DNA of 64,000 nucleotides from Setoptus koraiensis (Eukaryota; Animalia; Arthropoda): NCBI GenBank assembly GCA_048013815.1, contig CM106585.1, positions 23,622,001 to 23,686,000 of the forward strand, read 5' to 3'. Shown piece by piece: positions 1 to 10,596 of this stretch (position 1 is its first letter; each line of letters starts with the position of its first letter). The notes under the pieces were generated by a model. It saw only the letters and a program-made list of their open reading frames with translations, ran no database searches and was not told where the DNA came from. The position numbers and the translations under genes were made by a program.

Positions 1-198
1 TTTTGTTGTTTGTTTTATTTTTTTTTGTTTTGTTGTTTTGTTTTTTTTTGTTTTGTTTGGTTGTTTTGTGTTTTTTTTTTTTTTTTTTTGTTTTGTTTTG
101 TTTGTGTTTTGTTTTTTTTGTTTTTTGTGTGTTTTTTTGTGTTTTGTTTTGTTTTTTGTTTTGTTTTGTTTTGTTTTTGTTTTTTGTTTTTTGTTTTG

Positions 199-229
<31 letters not shown>

Positions 230-267
230 TTTGTTTTTTGTTTTTTTTGTGTTTGTTTTTTTTTGTG

Positions 268-298
<31 letters not shown>

Positions 299-799
299 TT
301 TGTTTTTTTTTGTTTTGTTGTTTTTTTTTGTTTTGTTGTTGTTTTGTTTTGTGTTTTTTTGTTTTGTTTTGTTTTGTTTTGTGTTTTTTTTTGTTGTTTT
401 GTGTTTTGTTTTGTTTTGTATTTTGTTTGTTTTGTTTTGTTTGTTTTTTTTTGTATTTTGTTGTTTTTTTTTGTTTTGTTTTGTTGTTTTTTTTTGTTTT
501 GTGTTTTGTGTGTGTGTGTTTATTTTGTTTTGTTTGTTTTGTTTGTTTTGTGTTTGTTTTGTGTGTTTTGTTATGTTTTGTGTTTTGTGTGTGTTTTGTT
601 TTGTTGTTTTGTTTTGTTTTTTTTTGTTTTTTTTTATTTTGTTTTGTTTTATTTGTTTTGTTTTGTGTTTTTTTTTGTTTTGTTTTGTTTTTTTTTGTTT
701 TGTTTTGTTTTGTTTTTTTTTGTTGTGTGTTTTTTTTGTTTGTTTTTTTTATTTTTTTTTGTTTTTGTTTTTTTTTTTGTTTTGTTTTGTGTTTGTTTT
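1..799. repeat. T/G-only low-complexity tract (degenerate TTTTG-like), probably a read-end or assembly artefact
   Basis: Almost only T and G, with rare A and no C, in irregular T-runs; abuts an N gap. The long F/V/C/L and K/N/T/Q ORFs here are compositional artefacts. Confidence 0.85.
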
Positions 800-1299
800 N
801 NNNNNNNNNNNNNNNNNNNNNNNNNNNNNNNNNNNNNNNNNNNNNNNNNNNNNNNNNNNNNNNNNNNNNNNNNNNNNNNNNNNNNNNNNNNNNNNNNNNN
901 NNNNNNNNNNNNNNNNNNNNNNNNNNNNNNNNNNNNNNNNNNNNNNNNNNNNNNNNNNNNNNNNNNNNNNNNNNNNNNNNNNNNNNNNNNNNNNNNNNNN
1001 NNNNNNNNNNNNNNNNNNNNNNNNNNNNNNNNNNNNNNNNNNNNNNNNNNNNNNNNNNNNNNNNNNNNNNNNNNNNNNNNNNNNNNNNNNNNNNNNNNNN
1101 NNNNNNNNNNNNNNNNNNNNNNNNNNNNNNNNNNNNNNNNNNNNNNNNNNNNNNNNNNNNNNNNNNNNNNNNNNNNNNNNNNNNNNNNNNNNNNNNNNNN
1201 NNNNNNNNNNNNNNNNNNNNNNNNNNNNNNNNNNNNNNNNNNNNNNNNNNNNNNNNNNNNNNNNNNNNNNNNNNNNNNNNNNNNNNNNNNNNNNNNNNN
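800..1299. other. Scaffold gap (500 N)
   Basis: Run of N from 800 to 1299. Confidence 1.
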
Positions 1300-1400
1300 G
1301 GCACTGTTAGTCTCACAACGGTTAGAACTTTTTTATACATTTCTTTAAGGCATCTCAGGATATAGACTGGAACATGATGGTGCATGAAAGAGAATCGAGA

Positions 1401-2706
1401 TTAATGATTGAAATTATGGATGATGTGGGGGAGTTCTTCGAAATCTGGAACAACAACACCAGAATGTTTAATTATCTCTCGAGCTGCATAGCAACCGACT
1501 TCAATACATAGACTTAACGGAGCTAGTTGAGCGTACTGAGACAGAAATCCACCTACAAATGCATCGCCTGCCCCATTACTATCTACTATGTCTTCTTCTT
1601 TGACCGGTTGACAGATGAATTCTTCAACTACCATCGTACCATTGAGCCTGTAGGCCACTATGATTGGATCTTGACCCCGCGTTATGACTACAATTCTCTC
1701 TTTTGAAGCCTTCATTTTCGGTTCGCACGATATCATACTAGCGATCCCCTTGAGTCCAATACTAATAGGCCATTTTCTTAATTTAGCGTAAGCCTCCGCT
1801 TCGGAATCATTACCAAAAACAATATCCACATAGGGCATCACTTGCAAGAGTCGTTCACCATATATTTCGCTGATATATGGCGCACTCAAATTAAGACAAA
1901 ATGTTTTATCAGCTCTATTCACAACATGCCTACCTAGTAACATAAAAGTGTCTACTGAAGTTGTTAGTAAGAAACCTGAGATGTATATTATGTTGCAATC
2001 TTCAACCAATTCTTTCCAATGTGCCTTCAAGTGATTATGACTGAACCTCAATGATGCACCTAGAAAGGCGCATAGTGATCTATTTTTTCCGTTATCTGTC
2101 AGCAGGACTGCACAGGTTCCAGAGGGTTCATTGTAATTTACTTGATAGTTGACTTGAACTCCATCCTCTTGTGCTTTCTTCGCCATAAGATGACCGAAAT
2201 CATCCTCACCAATGCTGCCAGTAAATTTTATAGTTGATTTAAGTTTTTGCCTTCTTAGAAGTCCAGCTATGACTCTCATTGTATTTTGAGTAGATCCACC
2301 TAAAGTATAAATAATGTTTGTAACGATAATGACAAGAGATTTACCACTGTGACTCTTGGTCTTATAATTTAATTCGATAGTTGTTATGCGAGTTGTTACT
2401 TACCTGCAGTATATTCAACAGGGTAGTTTTTCAAAAGATAAGAACATAGATCTTTTTGTTTCTCTCCGGCCATAACAACATTGTTAGGACTTAGTTGATA
2501 CCTTATCACAAACAAAAAAAAGTCGGTTAGATAGTATGTTTTTTCCTCTAGAATGATAACATTCAAAATATATCACTTCATAAGTAAAGATCAACTTACT
2601 TGTCCAAATCTTTTTTGTCTACATAAGCCGAGATATCGAGCAAAGGGTTGCATAAACCTAATATGGATATTGGTTGTGGAATCGATTTACCATTCTTGCT
2701 TGTCAT
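1401..2706 (-). CDS. ADK: Adenosine kinase (PfkB family); 3 exons: 2706-2600, 2501-2404, 2299-1401; about 367 aa
   Basis: Exon 1 LGLCNPLLDISAYVDKKDLDK; exon 2 YQLSPNNVVMAGEKQ...VEYTAG; exon 3 GSTQNTMRV...DSNGAGDAFVGGFL (PfkB signature). GTAAGT donors and AG acceptors keep frame. Confidence 0.95.
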
Positions 2707-3479
2707 GACTCTTTTCTAACAGCCTCTCTGGAGTGACTATTCGAACTACAGAGGCTAAATCGTTCTGAACAGGAATAGGAGATATATTAAAAATGAAATT
2801 TATGTTTAAATTTCAAAAGTAGTTTTGTTGTTGAATGAATTCAAAGAACAATCTACTTAAAAAAAACAATTGTATTTATACAAAAATACTTCATATCAAT
2901 GCATGAGCATAGTAATTGTCTCATCACATCTAATCGTCGACAACATCAACCAAAATTGACGTCATCGCAACACGGTGTCTAAGCATTATTTTAGCGAACT
3001 GCATATTTTTAGTTTTGGTGCAATTATGTCACAAGTTTCCAACCATAGAAAACAGATAATCCGTCGAGAGAGAATTGCCGTCAAAACAAAACAAAAAAAA
3101 TAAACAATAATCAAGGCAAAGTTCGTGAACAAAACACTTCAACTTGTCAATGCGAGATAATATTCTTGTTCGCAGGAGTAACAAAGAGCGTTTGCCAGAC
3201 AGGATCTCTGTCAATAAACTCGCGAACCACGACCTTGCGCCATATTAACTGATCAGATTAGAATTGTTGGTGAATGACGTTCACATATCCAACTAACAAA
3301 CAGAGAGCATTGAGACATAAGAATACGAAAGGCTTCATGATATTTATCCGAACGAGAAAGTCAGATTGGCCAAAACTGAGTGATCTCAGATGACTAAAAA
3401 ATTAAGAAAATTAAAATTCAGTTTGTGAATGATTTCAAATATATGCAGATGGTGGAGGTTCAACCTCAGTTCATCCAGA

Positions 3480-3794
3480 TAGTGTTGCGGAACGATCGCT
3501 CGCTCTGAGCGAGATTTTTCCGCCCCTAGCGAAAACTCATCGCTCCAAGATCGCTCCGAACGTGACTTATGGCACCCGTAAAGTTTGATGAAATTGTCAC
3601 ATTAGATCAATCAATGAAAACAAACGATTCATTAGTGTTTTTCATACAAGATTCTTTAAATAAAATGATCTAATCTGACCTCTCATCAAACTTTACGGGT
3701 GCCATAAGTCACATTCGTAGCGATCTTGGAGCGATGAGTTTTTGCCAGGGGCGGAAAAATCTCGCTCGGAGCGAGCGATCGCTCCGCAAAACTA
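3480..3794. mobile_element. MITE with about 110-bp terminal inverted repeats, hAT-like (TAG...CTA ends, degenerate 8-bp TSD)
   Basis: Left arm TAGTGTTGCGGAACGATCGCTCGCTCTGAGCGAGATTTTTCCGCCCC...GGCACCCGTAAAGTTTGATGA is mirrored by right arm TCATCAAACTTTACGGGTGCC...GAGCGAGCGATCGCTCCGCAAAACTA. Flanks CATCCAGA / CATCAAAA match 6 of 8. No ORF inside. Confidence 0.85.
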
Positions 3795-4003
3795 CATCAA
3801 AAATTTGATTCAAAATTCGCGCTCTGGTTTTCGCAAGGAGAATGGATATTTGTGGGGTTTTCACTGTAAACATTGGTTTTAATGTTCATTGATGATCCAT
3901 TATTGTCTGGCATATAACAACAATGAACATTTGTTAGTAATAATAAATTTTTTGTATTCGAGCACCAAGTACAGTAGTAGCGTGTACCGAGGGAAATCTG
4001 CCA

Positions 4004-5488
4004 ATGTCTCAAGGCCTAGTTCCCGAGCTCGCCTCGCCATCACCATCAACAGCACCGGCACCATCACCGGCGCCTTCGACTGGTGCTGGTGCTGGTGCGC
4101 AACAGGGTATCAGTGTAGGTATGTTGACGGAACGTCAAACAATTTACAAGGCCGCCATAGCGAAAGCCAAACAAGAGAACAAAACGGATGTGGCCAAATA
4201 CTATCAAGATGCCGTGAGAGAAATCGACTACTTAATTAGGGAGGCAGAAATCGGTTTTCCCATTGACTTTGACAGAGTGCCAAAAGTTTATTCTATAACG
4301 GAAACAACGACAAAATCAGACACTACTAACACTGGTGTTAGAAAGCCCGCAGAAGAAAATAGAGATCAAACTGCAGCAGAAGCAGCACCAGTAACAACAA
4401 CAGCAAAAATCGAAACTACAGAGAACAAGGAAGAGGAAGAGGATGACGGGTTTGTTTTAGTCAGCGATGACCCTTCTAAGATAGTGGAAAAGGATAGAAT
4501 CGAGGCCTACAAGAAACTCACCAAGCAACTAGAGAGGCAGGCACAAAAATGCAAGAATTACGAGGAACAATTCATTCAAAACGGCGATATGGCAATGGCG
4601 GCCAAATTCAAGATACACGGAGACACTTGTGCCAAGGACCTTGAATTGTTGCATATTCGCTGGAAGAATGGCGATAAATTTCCGCTGGTAAAATATGAGA
4701 CGATTGCGTTCACGATTGCACCATCCAATATTGAACTCAGTAGCAATGAATTGTTACTCGAAATAGTCAAAGGTATTAACCTTCCTGTTACGGCGAGCTC
4801 ATATACATACGTGATAGCGACATTTGCTCACCAAGCGGTAAGGAGTTCAACAATGCCTCAAGCTCTTTGCAATTGGCTTCGAACAACTAGTAACAGAGAC
4901 GATCTGTTCTGTCTTCCACAGGATTCAGCACAAACCGGAAAAGTAACGCCCAAACAATCATCTAATCCTAGTAAGTAACCAATAGCATTCATAGACATCA
5001 GCACGATAGTCAAACTCTCGTATTCTTTGGTACTAACACAAACAAATATTATCTTTTCTTCAACTACTTCTCTTAAGCTTACCACCACAAGTTGAAATTC
5101 TCCCTGGATAGAAATAATCGATCCGCGCTTAGAGTTCTCCGAAGACGGCCGATAAAACTAGAGGTGTTCAAAAAAGAGTGAGTCTCACCAAGAGCTCTCA
5201 GCGAGAGACTCGAACGACCGAATTAACTAACTTAGGACTGATATATTCGTTTTTCTCATCATCACTATCCTTGTCTGCAGGCCGTTTTGGAAATGTGATT
5301 CTAAAATTGGAACAGTATCTATCAAACTAGGAGACTTGGCCAACAAATGCACGTTGCATGACTGTCATTCCATTATGAATGGTAGAAAAACTACGGATTC
5401 CAAGATCGAGGTCATAGTTCGAATCAGAAATGCTCTGGTTAGTCAAGAGCCGATATCGGTTCATGAGAGATTGCTCGTTTTTACCTGA
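4004..5488 (+). CDS. CC2D1: CC2D1/Lethal giant discs (Lgd)-like protein, one DM14 repeat plus C2 domain; exons 4004-4837, 4922-4970, 5078-5177, 5281-5488; about 396 aa
   Basis: DM14-like LTERQTIYKAAIAKAK...GFPIDFDRVP; helical YKKLTKQLERQAQKC...GD...KF; C2 start SNIELSSNELLLEIVKGINLP; spliced tail KCDSKIGTVSIKL...NGRKTTDSKIEVIVRIRNAL...HERLLVFT matches the CC2D1 C-terminus. Confidence 0.85.
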
Positions 5489-5595
5489 TGAATAGCTCAA
5501 AAAATACATTTTCAGTGACTAGATACAATGTTTCGATGAAAAAAAAAAAAAATAGAGAAAGAATGAGATTTTAAATTTTTAGTGAGATGAAAATT

Positions 5596-6028
5596 TTAAT
5601 GTATGAGTCTACGCACTTGAAAAGCTCCATGGCTTGTGATCAAACGAAGACCCTCAATACTTTTGTTTGGTGATACAACTAATATATGATATAAACGCAA
5701 GCTAACGCTCCTTGTCCATGATTACCTGCCAAGTCGCTGTTAAGCTCGAGTATTTTCTTGTTATGCTTCACGGAGGCAATGATGCAACTTCCGAGAGTCC
5801 AACAGGTCAACGCTTGATCAAATAATTGAATCAATCTAACTGACATGAACTAATGTTGGCACATCTTATTTCTTTGAGTATTCTTGATCGAATTGTTATT
5901 GTTTTTCTTCGTTGGTCAAGCAGCCAAATTCAATTTCACTAACCAATACAAATTTGAGTGCACACATAGGTGAAGAGTGGAGCTGAAGTCGCTATTCCTC
6001 TTCTTTTGATGAAGCCAAATAATGACAT
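5596..6028 (-). CDS. Putative small hydrophobic protein (about 84 aa; exons 6028-5944, 5812-5726, 5678-5596); function unknown
   Basis: TATATAAA about 30 nt upstream of the ATG. Frame-preserving GT-AG junctions give MSLFGFIKRRGIATSAPLFTYVCTQICIALTCWTLGSCIIASVKHNKKILEL... The second intron is only 47 nt and no homology was recognised. Confidence 0.25.
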
Positions 6029-7853
6029 GGTTTATCTTGTTCGCTTACAAGCCTTTATATATAATTAGCTGCAAAATGATGTAAATGTTGTAACAAAGAC
6101 TTATATCAGTGTTCTCATTACCATCTTGTTAAAGATGTTATGACTTGGGTTCTATGACAAAACTCGATCAGTATTCGAAAATTCTATGAGGATTTTCAGA
6201 TTGGACAAAATTCGTTGAGTCTAGGTAACAGGTCAGACAGCAGCTGATCGTCGAACAAATCTTCGTTCATTTACTACTGTGTAACTAATGTAGTAGATAA
6301 TTACTGACATCTAATCTCAGCCACTCTCACAACTATACACAATTATAGTCCATCCACGAATCAGTTCCAACTGTACAAATTGTATCCCCCTCTAATCAAT
6401 ATAATCATTTGCCCCTGATACGTAATTAGCAATATAATTTTTGCCATTCGAACTTCCGTCATGAAGGGGTAATCGGATATGAACTTGATCGTTGGATTTG
6501 TGCTTACACCGTTCAGTGTCGGAATGTATCTGTCAGCCTCGATAACAAGCCCCCTTTTATTTATGCCTCCAAACCAATTAGCCAATGTTGATTGATCAGC
6601 ATCAGGTTCTATTTATTTGAGCACAAATTTTGTCGTCCCTTCGCTTGGGTCGTGATCAACATCGGATCATACATTACACCGGAGCCAATCAATATCATTG
6701 TGTCACCTGTTCTCAATCATACTATTTCATCAGCTTGTTCCAATTATCATGCGTATGTTCCTTTTCTCAAGAGCATAAATACCTGTGTAACCTAGTGCTG
6801 ACAGAAGCTTCAGGTAGTTTTTTCATTTCTGCCGCGTTCCGAGCATGAGGCTAACATAATAAGTGGATATCTAATTGAGTCTAGTCAACAAAATTTACTA
6901 ACCAATCAACAAGGTATCATGGCATTGATTACTTACCTGTTTGAGTTGTTATTACAAACTTACATTAGTTTCAATCATCACCAAACCCCTTGTGGCTAAT
7001 GGCAACGGAAGATGGTGGAACTTTTCACTTCTGATTTACAGTTTCATTGCATCCAATTGTTGTAACGAAAAGTGAGCTAGTTATGAAGAAAAAGAATTGA
7101 ATAAAACAGGTAGTGGTGGTCGATAATGATGCAACAATAATTACTGGTCTCGTTACGCATTCATGTCCAGTTTGTAATGGTGAATACTCGATATCAGATG
7201 CTCAAGGTGTGTTTTGCAATTAATTGTAGCTTTCAGAATACGTCATTATGTGCGCAGTTTGTCTAAAATGTACATAACGGCGAAAGTAGAAACTAATTCA
7301 AGAAACGGATTCTTTGATGATGAATGCAGTTAAATCCCACAGTGGTCTTGCGACCACTATCATAATTGATACGGAATCAAAAGATTGCGATAGAACCAAT
7401 GAATCAAGTGATTATCAAGACCGCGATAATTGAACATGATCATTCTGATTTAAACAAATAAACAACTATTTCCATGGATAAATTGGTTACTAGTTTGCAG
7501 CTGCTCAAACTTGTAAACATCATAATTTCTTTATTTCATTATGTTTGATCATTATTGCTCGATGAAAGAAGGAGACAGTTGAGTCACAGACAACTCGAAT
7601 AAGTTGTAGCTGTTTATCAATCTGAACCAATTCAAAGCCATCGGGTAAAGGGGCTGAATAGGAAGCGATCGAAATCAAAGGAGAGTAACAAGTTTGTTTA
7701 TGTATCGCGAATTAACAGGCGAATGGATAACAAGAAAGAAACGGACTCATTATAATGTGCTTGGGGCTCATCTGTCTAGTGTTACAGTATAATGTTTATA
7801 TGTATCGAGGTACTGTCGAACGTTGCTCAAGGGCATTACAAACCGGCATCTAC

Positions 7854-8163
7854 ATGTTTATGAGGTGTTACGGCTTGTTCACTGTATTATTATTGATGAC
7901 TTTCTTTCTGGTAACAATCGAGAGTAAATTAGTTAAATCAGTTAGTGCACATATATTGTGAGTAGGAGGTAAAATGTTTAATCTTGAAAATCAGCAGCAC
8001 ACACTTTGCATAGATAATCCATTTGCCTTGACATATTTGCCTCCCTCTTTCCAATTTTCTCAGTAAACACTGTTCATTATGTAATGTAATTGAATGTAAC
8101 TACTGCAATGCTTATATGCGCCAATCGAGATGCATCAATCAAAGTAGGATTGACCATAGCTAG
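7854..8163 (+). CDS. Small secreted Cys-rich peptide (67 aa; exons 7854-7957, 8064-8163)
   Basis: Signal-peptide-like MFMRCYGLFTVLLLMTFFLVTIES; donor GTGAGT at 7958; pyrimidine-rich acceptor TTTTCTCAG ending 8063 (106-nt intron); exon 2 gives KHCSLCNVIECNYCNAYMRQSRCINQSRIDHS*. Confidence 0.6.
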
Positions 8164-8427
8164 CTAAGTATTTCCCAGATATTTGTTTGTAAATTGTACC
8201 AAGTGAAAGCTTAGTTGGTCGAAAGAACAGTAGTTAAAAAGCAGAGTATATCCGAGAAGACAAAAAATCACTATTTAAACGATCATGCTGGCAATACAGA
8301 CAACTCAAATGTTATTTTCCTGCATCAGACAATCATTGTGTCATCACGTTCATTCTGAGTAAGAATCCGTATCGTCTAAATCAATAGTTACTCAAGAAAA
8401 AAGTTAGAAAATAATTCAGAAATTAAA

Positions 8428-8880
8428 ATGAAGTCGTTCAAAATGTTTACCACCTATGCCATATTGGGTTTAGTGTTGATGTTGTGCATTATTCACTGTA
8501 ACGGTGTTGAAGCTGGCTACAAAAAGAAGCTACTGAGAAGTGCCGTTGTGACATACTTTCTGTTGCAAGGCGGCACAAAGATAGTACTCCCACTACCTAT
8601 ACCACTGCCAATACCGTAAGTAATCACAAAATAAGACCTAACTGTAACGAGAATCTCTATAGTCACCGTAGTATTAATTAGGTATTATCACCAATTATTT
8701 TGAAACGTCATCAGTATCCTAAAACAAAAACAGCCAGTTTACTACCAGCAACCATCTTACTACCAGCAACCATCTTACTATCATCAGCCAGCTTACCACC
8801 ATCAGCCAGCTTACCATCATCAGCCAGCTTACCATCATCAGCCAGCTTACCATCATCAGCCACACACCGAATATTACTAA
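8428..8880 (+). CDS. Secreted His/Tyr/Gln/Pro-rich repeat protein (117 aa; exons 8428-8615, 8715-8880)
   Basis: Signal peptide MKSFKMFTTYAILGLVLMLCIIHCNGVEA; PLPIPLPIP motif; GTAAGT donor at 8616 and CAG acceptor at 8714 (99-nt intron) put exon 2 in frame ILKQKQPVYYQQPSYYQQPSYYHQPAYHHQPAYHHQPAYHHQPAYHHQPHTEYY*. Confidence 0.8.
8734..8862 (+). repeat. 18-nt coding tandem repeat (about 7 units; QP[V/S/A]Y[Y/H][Q/H])
   Basis: Units such as CAGCCAGCTTACCATCAT and CAACCATCTTACTACCAG. The ORF-track calls at 8700-8927, 8711-8899 and 8719-8916 are other frames of this repeat. Confidence 0.9.
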
Positions 8881-9441
8881 TAAGACCGACCAAATACATG
8901 AGATACCCAATATCAAATCAAACTTAATTTAAACGACGTACCGTGCAGAAACAGATCCCCTAGTCCTGATCAAGTTGCCAACAATTGCCAAAAAGGCGAA
9001 TATCCAGTCCCTGTCAGAGCATCTATCAACCAGAAGGGAACAAGTCATATTTTGTTGTACCTATGATTGAAGCAATTTCAATGTCACCGGGAAACTTCTC
9101 TTCACATTGAGATACTCGCCACGAAGACAAATAGAAAAGTATGCTCGCCCCAAAAAACCGAACTCTTTACATGTAATTGTTGGAAGAATGGTTAAAGCTT
9201 CAGATGAAGTTATACTTTAGCATTTTATTCAATCAAATTTTAACAATTTGCTCGACTTATTACCTAAGACAAGACAGCTCAGTAATCATTCCTTAGATGT
9301 ATCTATTAAACTTGCTTGTCACTTCAATCATCTTTTCAATAAGATCCACTTCACCAATTAAAACTCGGTATGTTAGATCCAGCCTTATAGGTGATAGGCA
9401 CTGAGAATAGGTCGGAAATCTCAACGAACGAAGGATTATGT

Positions 9442-10596
9442 TCATGGAGAATTTATTCTTGACACCTTGCTTGGACTTGTATTCGGACTATCACTTCTTC
9501 TCGGCACAATGTAACTCTTAGCGTAAGGATTTGAGGATGGCTCAGAGTTCACAGGTCTTAGTTGTCTATTGATCCTCCTCACTAGTGATAATGTCCGTCG
9601 TCTCTCGAAGGTACTCTGAACCGGCGAACTGGACGCTTGTAGAATATTATCATTAGATTGATAAATCTGATCACAATCGAGGAGATCTTGGAGTAGTTTT
9701 TCACTTTCATCAAATAACAAATTTTGATGATTATTCTTTTTACCATTGAGGGATAAGCTTTCGGTTGATTGATCACTAGGGGGCATGATTTCGTTTATTA
9801 TTTGTAGTGTGCTCTTCAATATTGCATGATGCTGATTGAGCCAACTTGATTTGAGCTTTTCTCGTCTACTAATCATATATGTCAGATTTCGTATTCTTTC
9901 CAATTCGATTCTCAGTTTTAGAATATTTTTTCTTTGCTCAAATTCTCGTTCTCTCAATGCGGATGGGCTGAATTTGATCAAAGATTGCCCATGATTGGCA
10001 GTTCTAAGAAGAATCCAATACCTGTAGATCAAATCAACGATGAAAGGATCGATCTCTTTTGCTTCGTAAGAACTATTTAGTCCGATTGATGCCTTTGTGG
10101 GAGATTTCGGAGTCTTTTTAGGTGTGGAGTTAGATTTTTTCGGTGAAGTGTTTCCAGTTGGACTGGATTCGGCTCTACTCTTAGACATTCTAATATCAGA
10201 GACACGTTTATGGACAAGATTTATATCGACGTACTTCCAAAAGAAATCCAGCTCTTCAGAGCCTTGTTGATTCTTATCGTCTGCCATATTGGTCATGTCT
10301 ATCTCATGCAAACCACTGGCACTTATTTTGTCTTCTTGCTCTTTGATGCAACTTGTATCAATTGTGGGGCTGTGTTCCATGCAATAGGAGCGGAGCCTTA
10401 TGCCTCCTTTGTAGTTCTTTCCAAATAAAGCTTGCATTTTGAGTTTGTTCCTTATAGCACATGTGGTGTGATAGGCTGTTTTGCAACCTAAATACGAGCA
10501 CTCTATTGGCACACCATGGCGACTACTACACAAACTGCATTCTTGGCTCCATTTTTTCTTTGTCATTTTATTAATGCGACTGAGAACTGAGTCCAT
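9442..10596 (-). CDS. JADE/Rhinoceros (PHF15-17)-family chromatin protein, C-terminal part only (end of extended PHD plus EPc-like helix)
   Basis: CSLCSSRHGVPIECSYLGCKTAYHTTCAIRNKLKM...LRSYCMEHS; VDLIYRYWILLRTANHGQSLI; LRIELERIRNLTYMISRREKLK. The EPL N-terminus and PHD1 were not found upstream. Confidence 0.8.
   Translation of the reverse strand: MDSVLSRINKMTKKKWSQECSLCSSRHGVPIECSYLGCKTAYHTTCAIRNKLKMQALFGKNYKGGIRLRSYCMEHSPTIDTSCIKEQEDKISASGLHEIDMTNMADDKNQQGSEELDFFWKYVDINLVHKRVSDIRMSKSRAESSPTGNTSPKKSNSTPKKTPKSPTKASIGLNSSYEAKEIDPFIVDLIYRYWILLRTANHGQSLIKFSPSALREREFEQRKNILKLRIELERIRNLTYMISRREKLKSSWLNQHHAILKSTLQIINEIMPPSDQSTESLSLNGKKNNHQNLLFDESEKLLQDLLDCDQIYQSNDNILQASSSPVQSTFERRRTLSLVRRINRQLRPVNSEPSSNPYAKSYIVPRRSDSPNTSPSKVSRINSP

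Noticed and set aside
3-1385. Five ORFs of 435-456 aa
   Set aside because: Artefacts of the T/G tract and the N gap.
6361-6790. Minus-strand frame with scattered stops ending in the 74-aa ORF MANWFGG...
   Set aside because: Could be a decayed gene, but no family motif was recognised and no consistent splice model was found.
8990-9400. Possible pseudogene-like minus-strand frames downstream of JADE
   Set aside because: Multiple stops and no identifiable homology.
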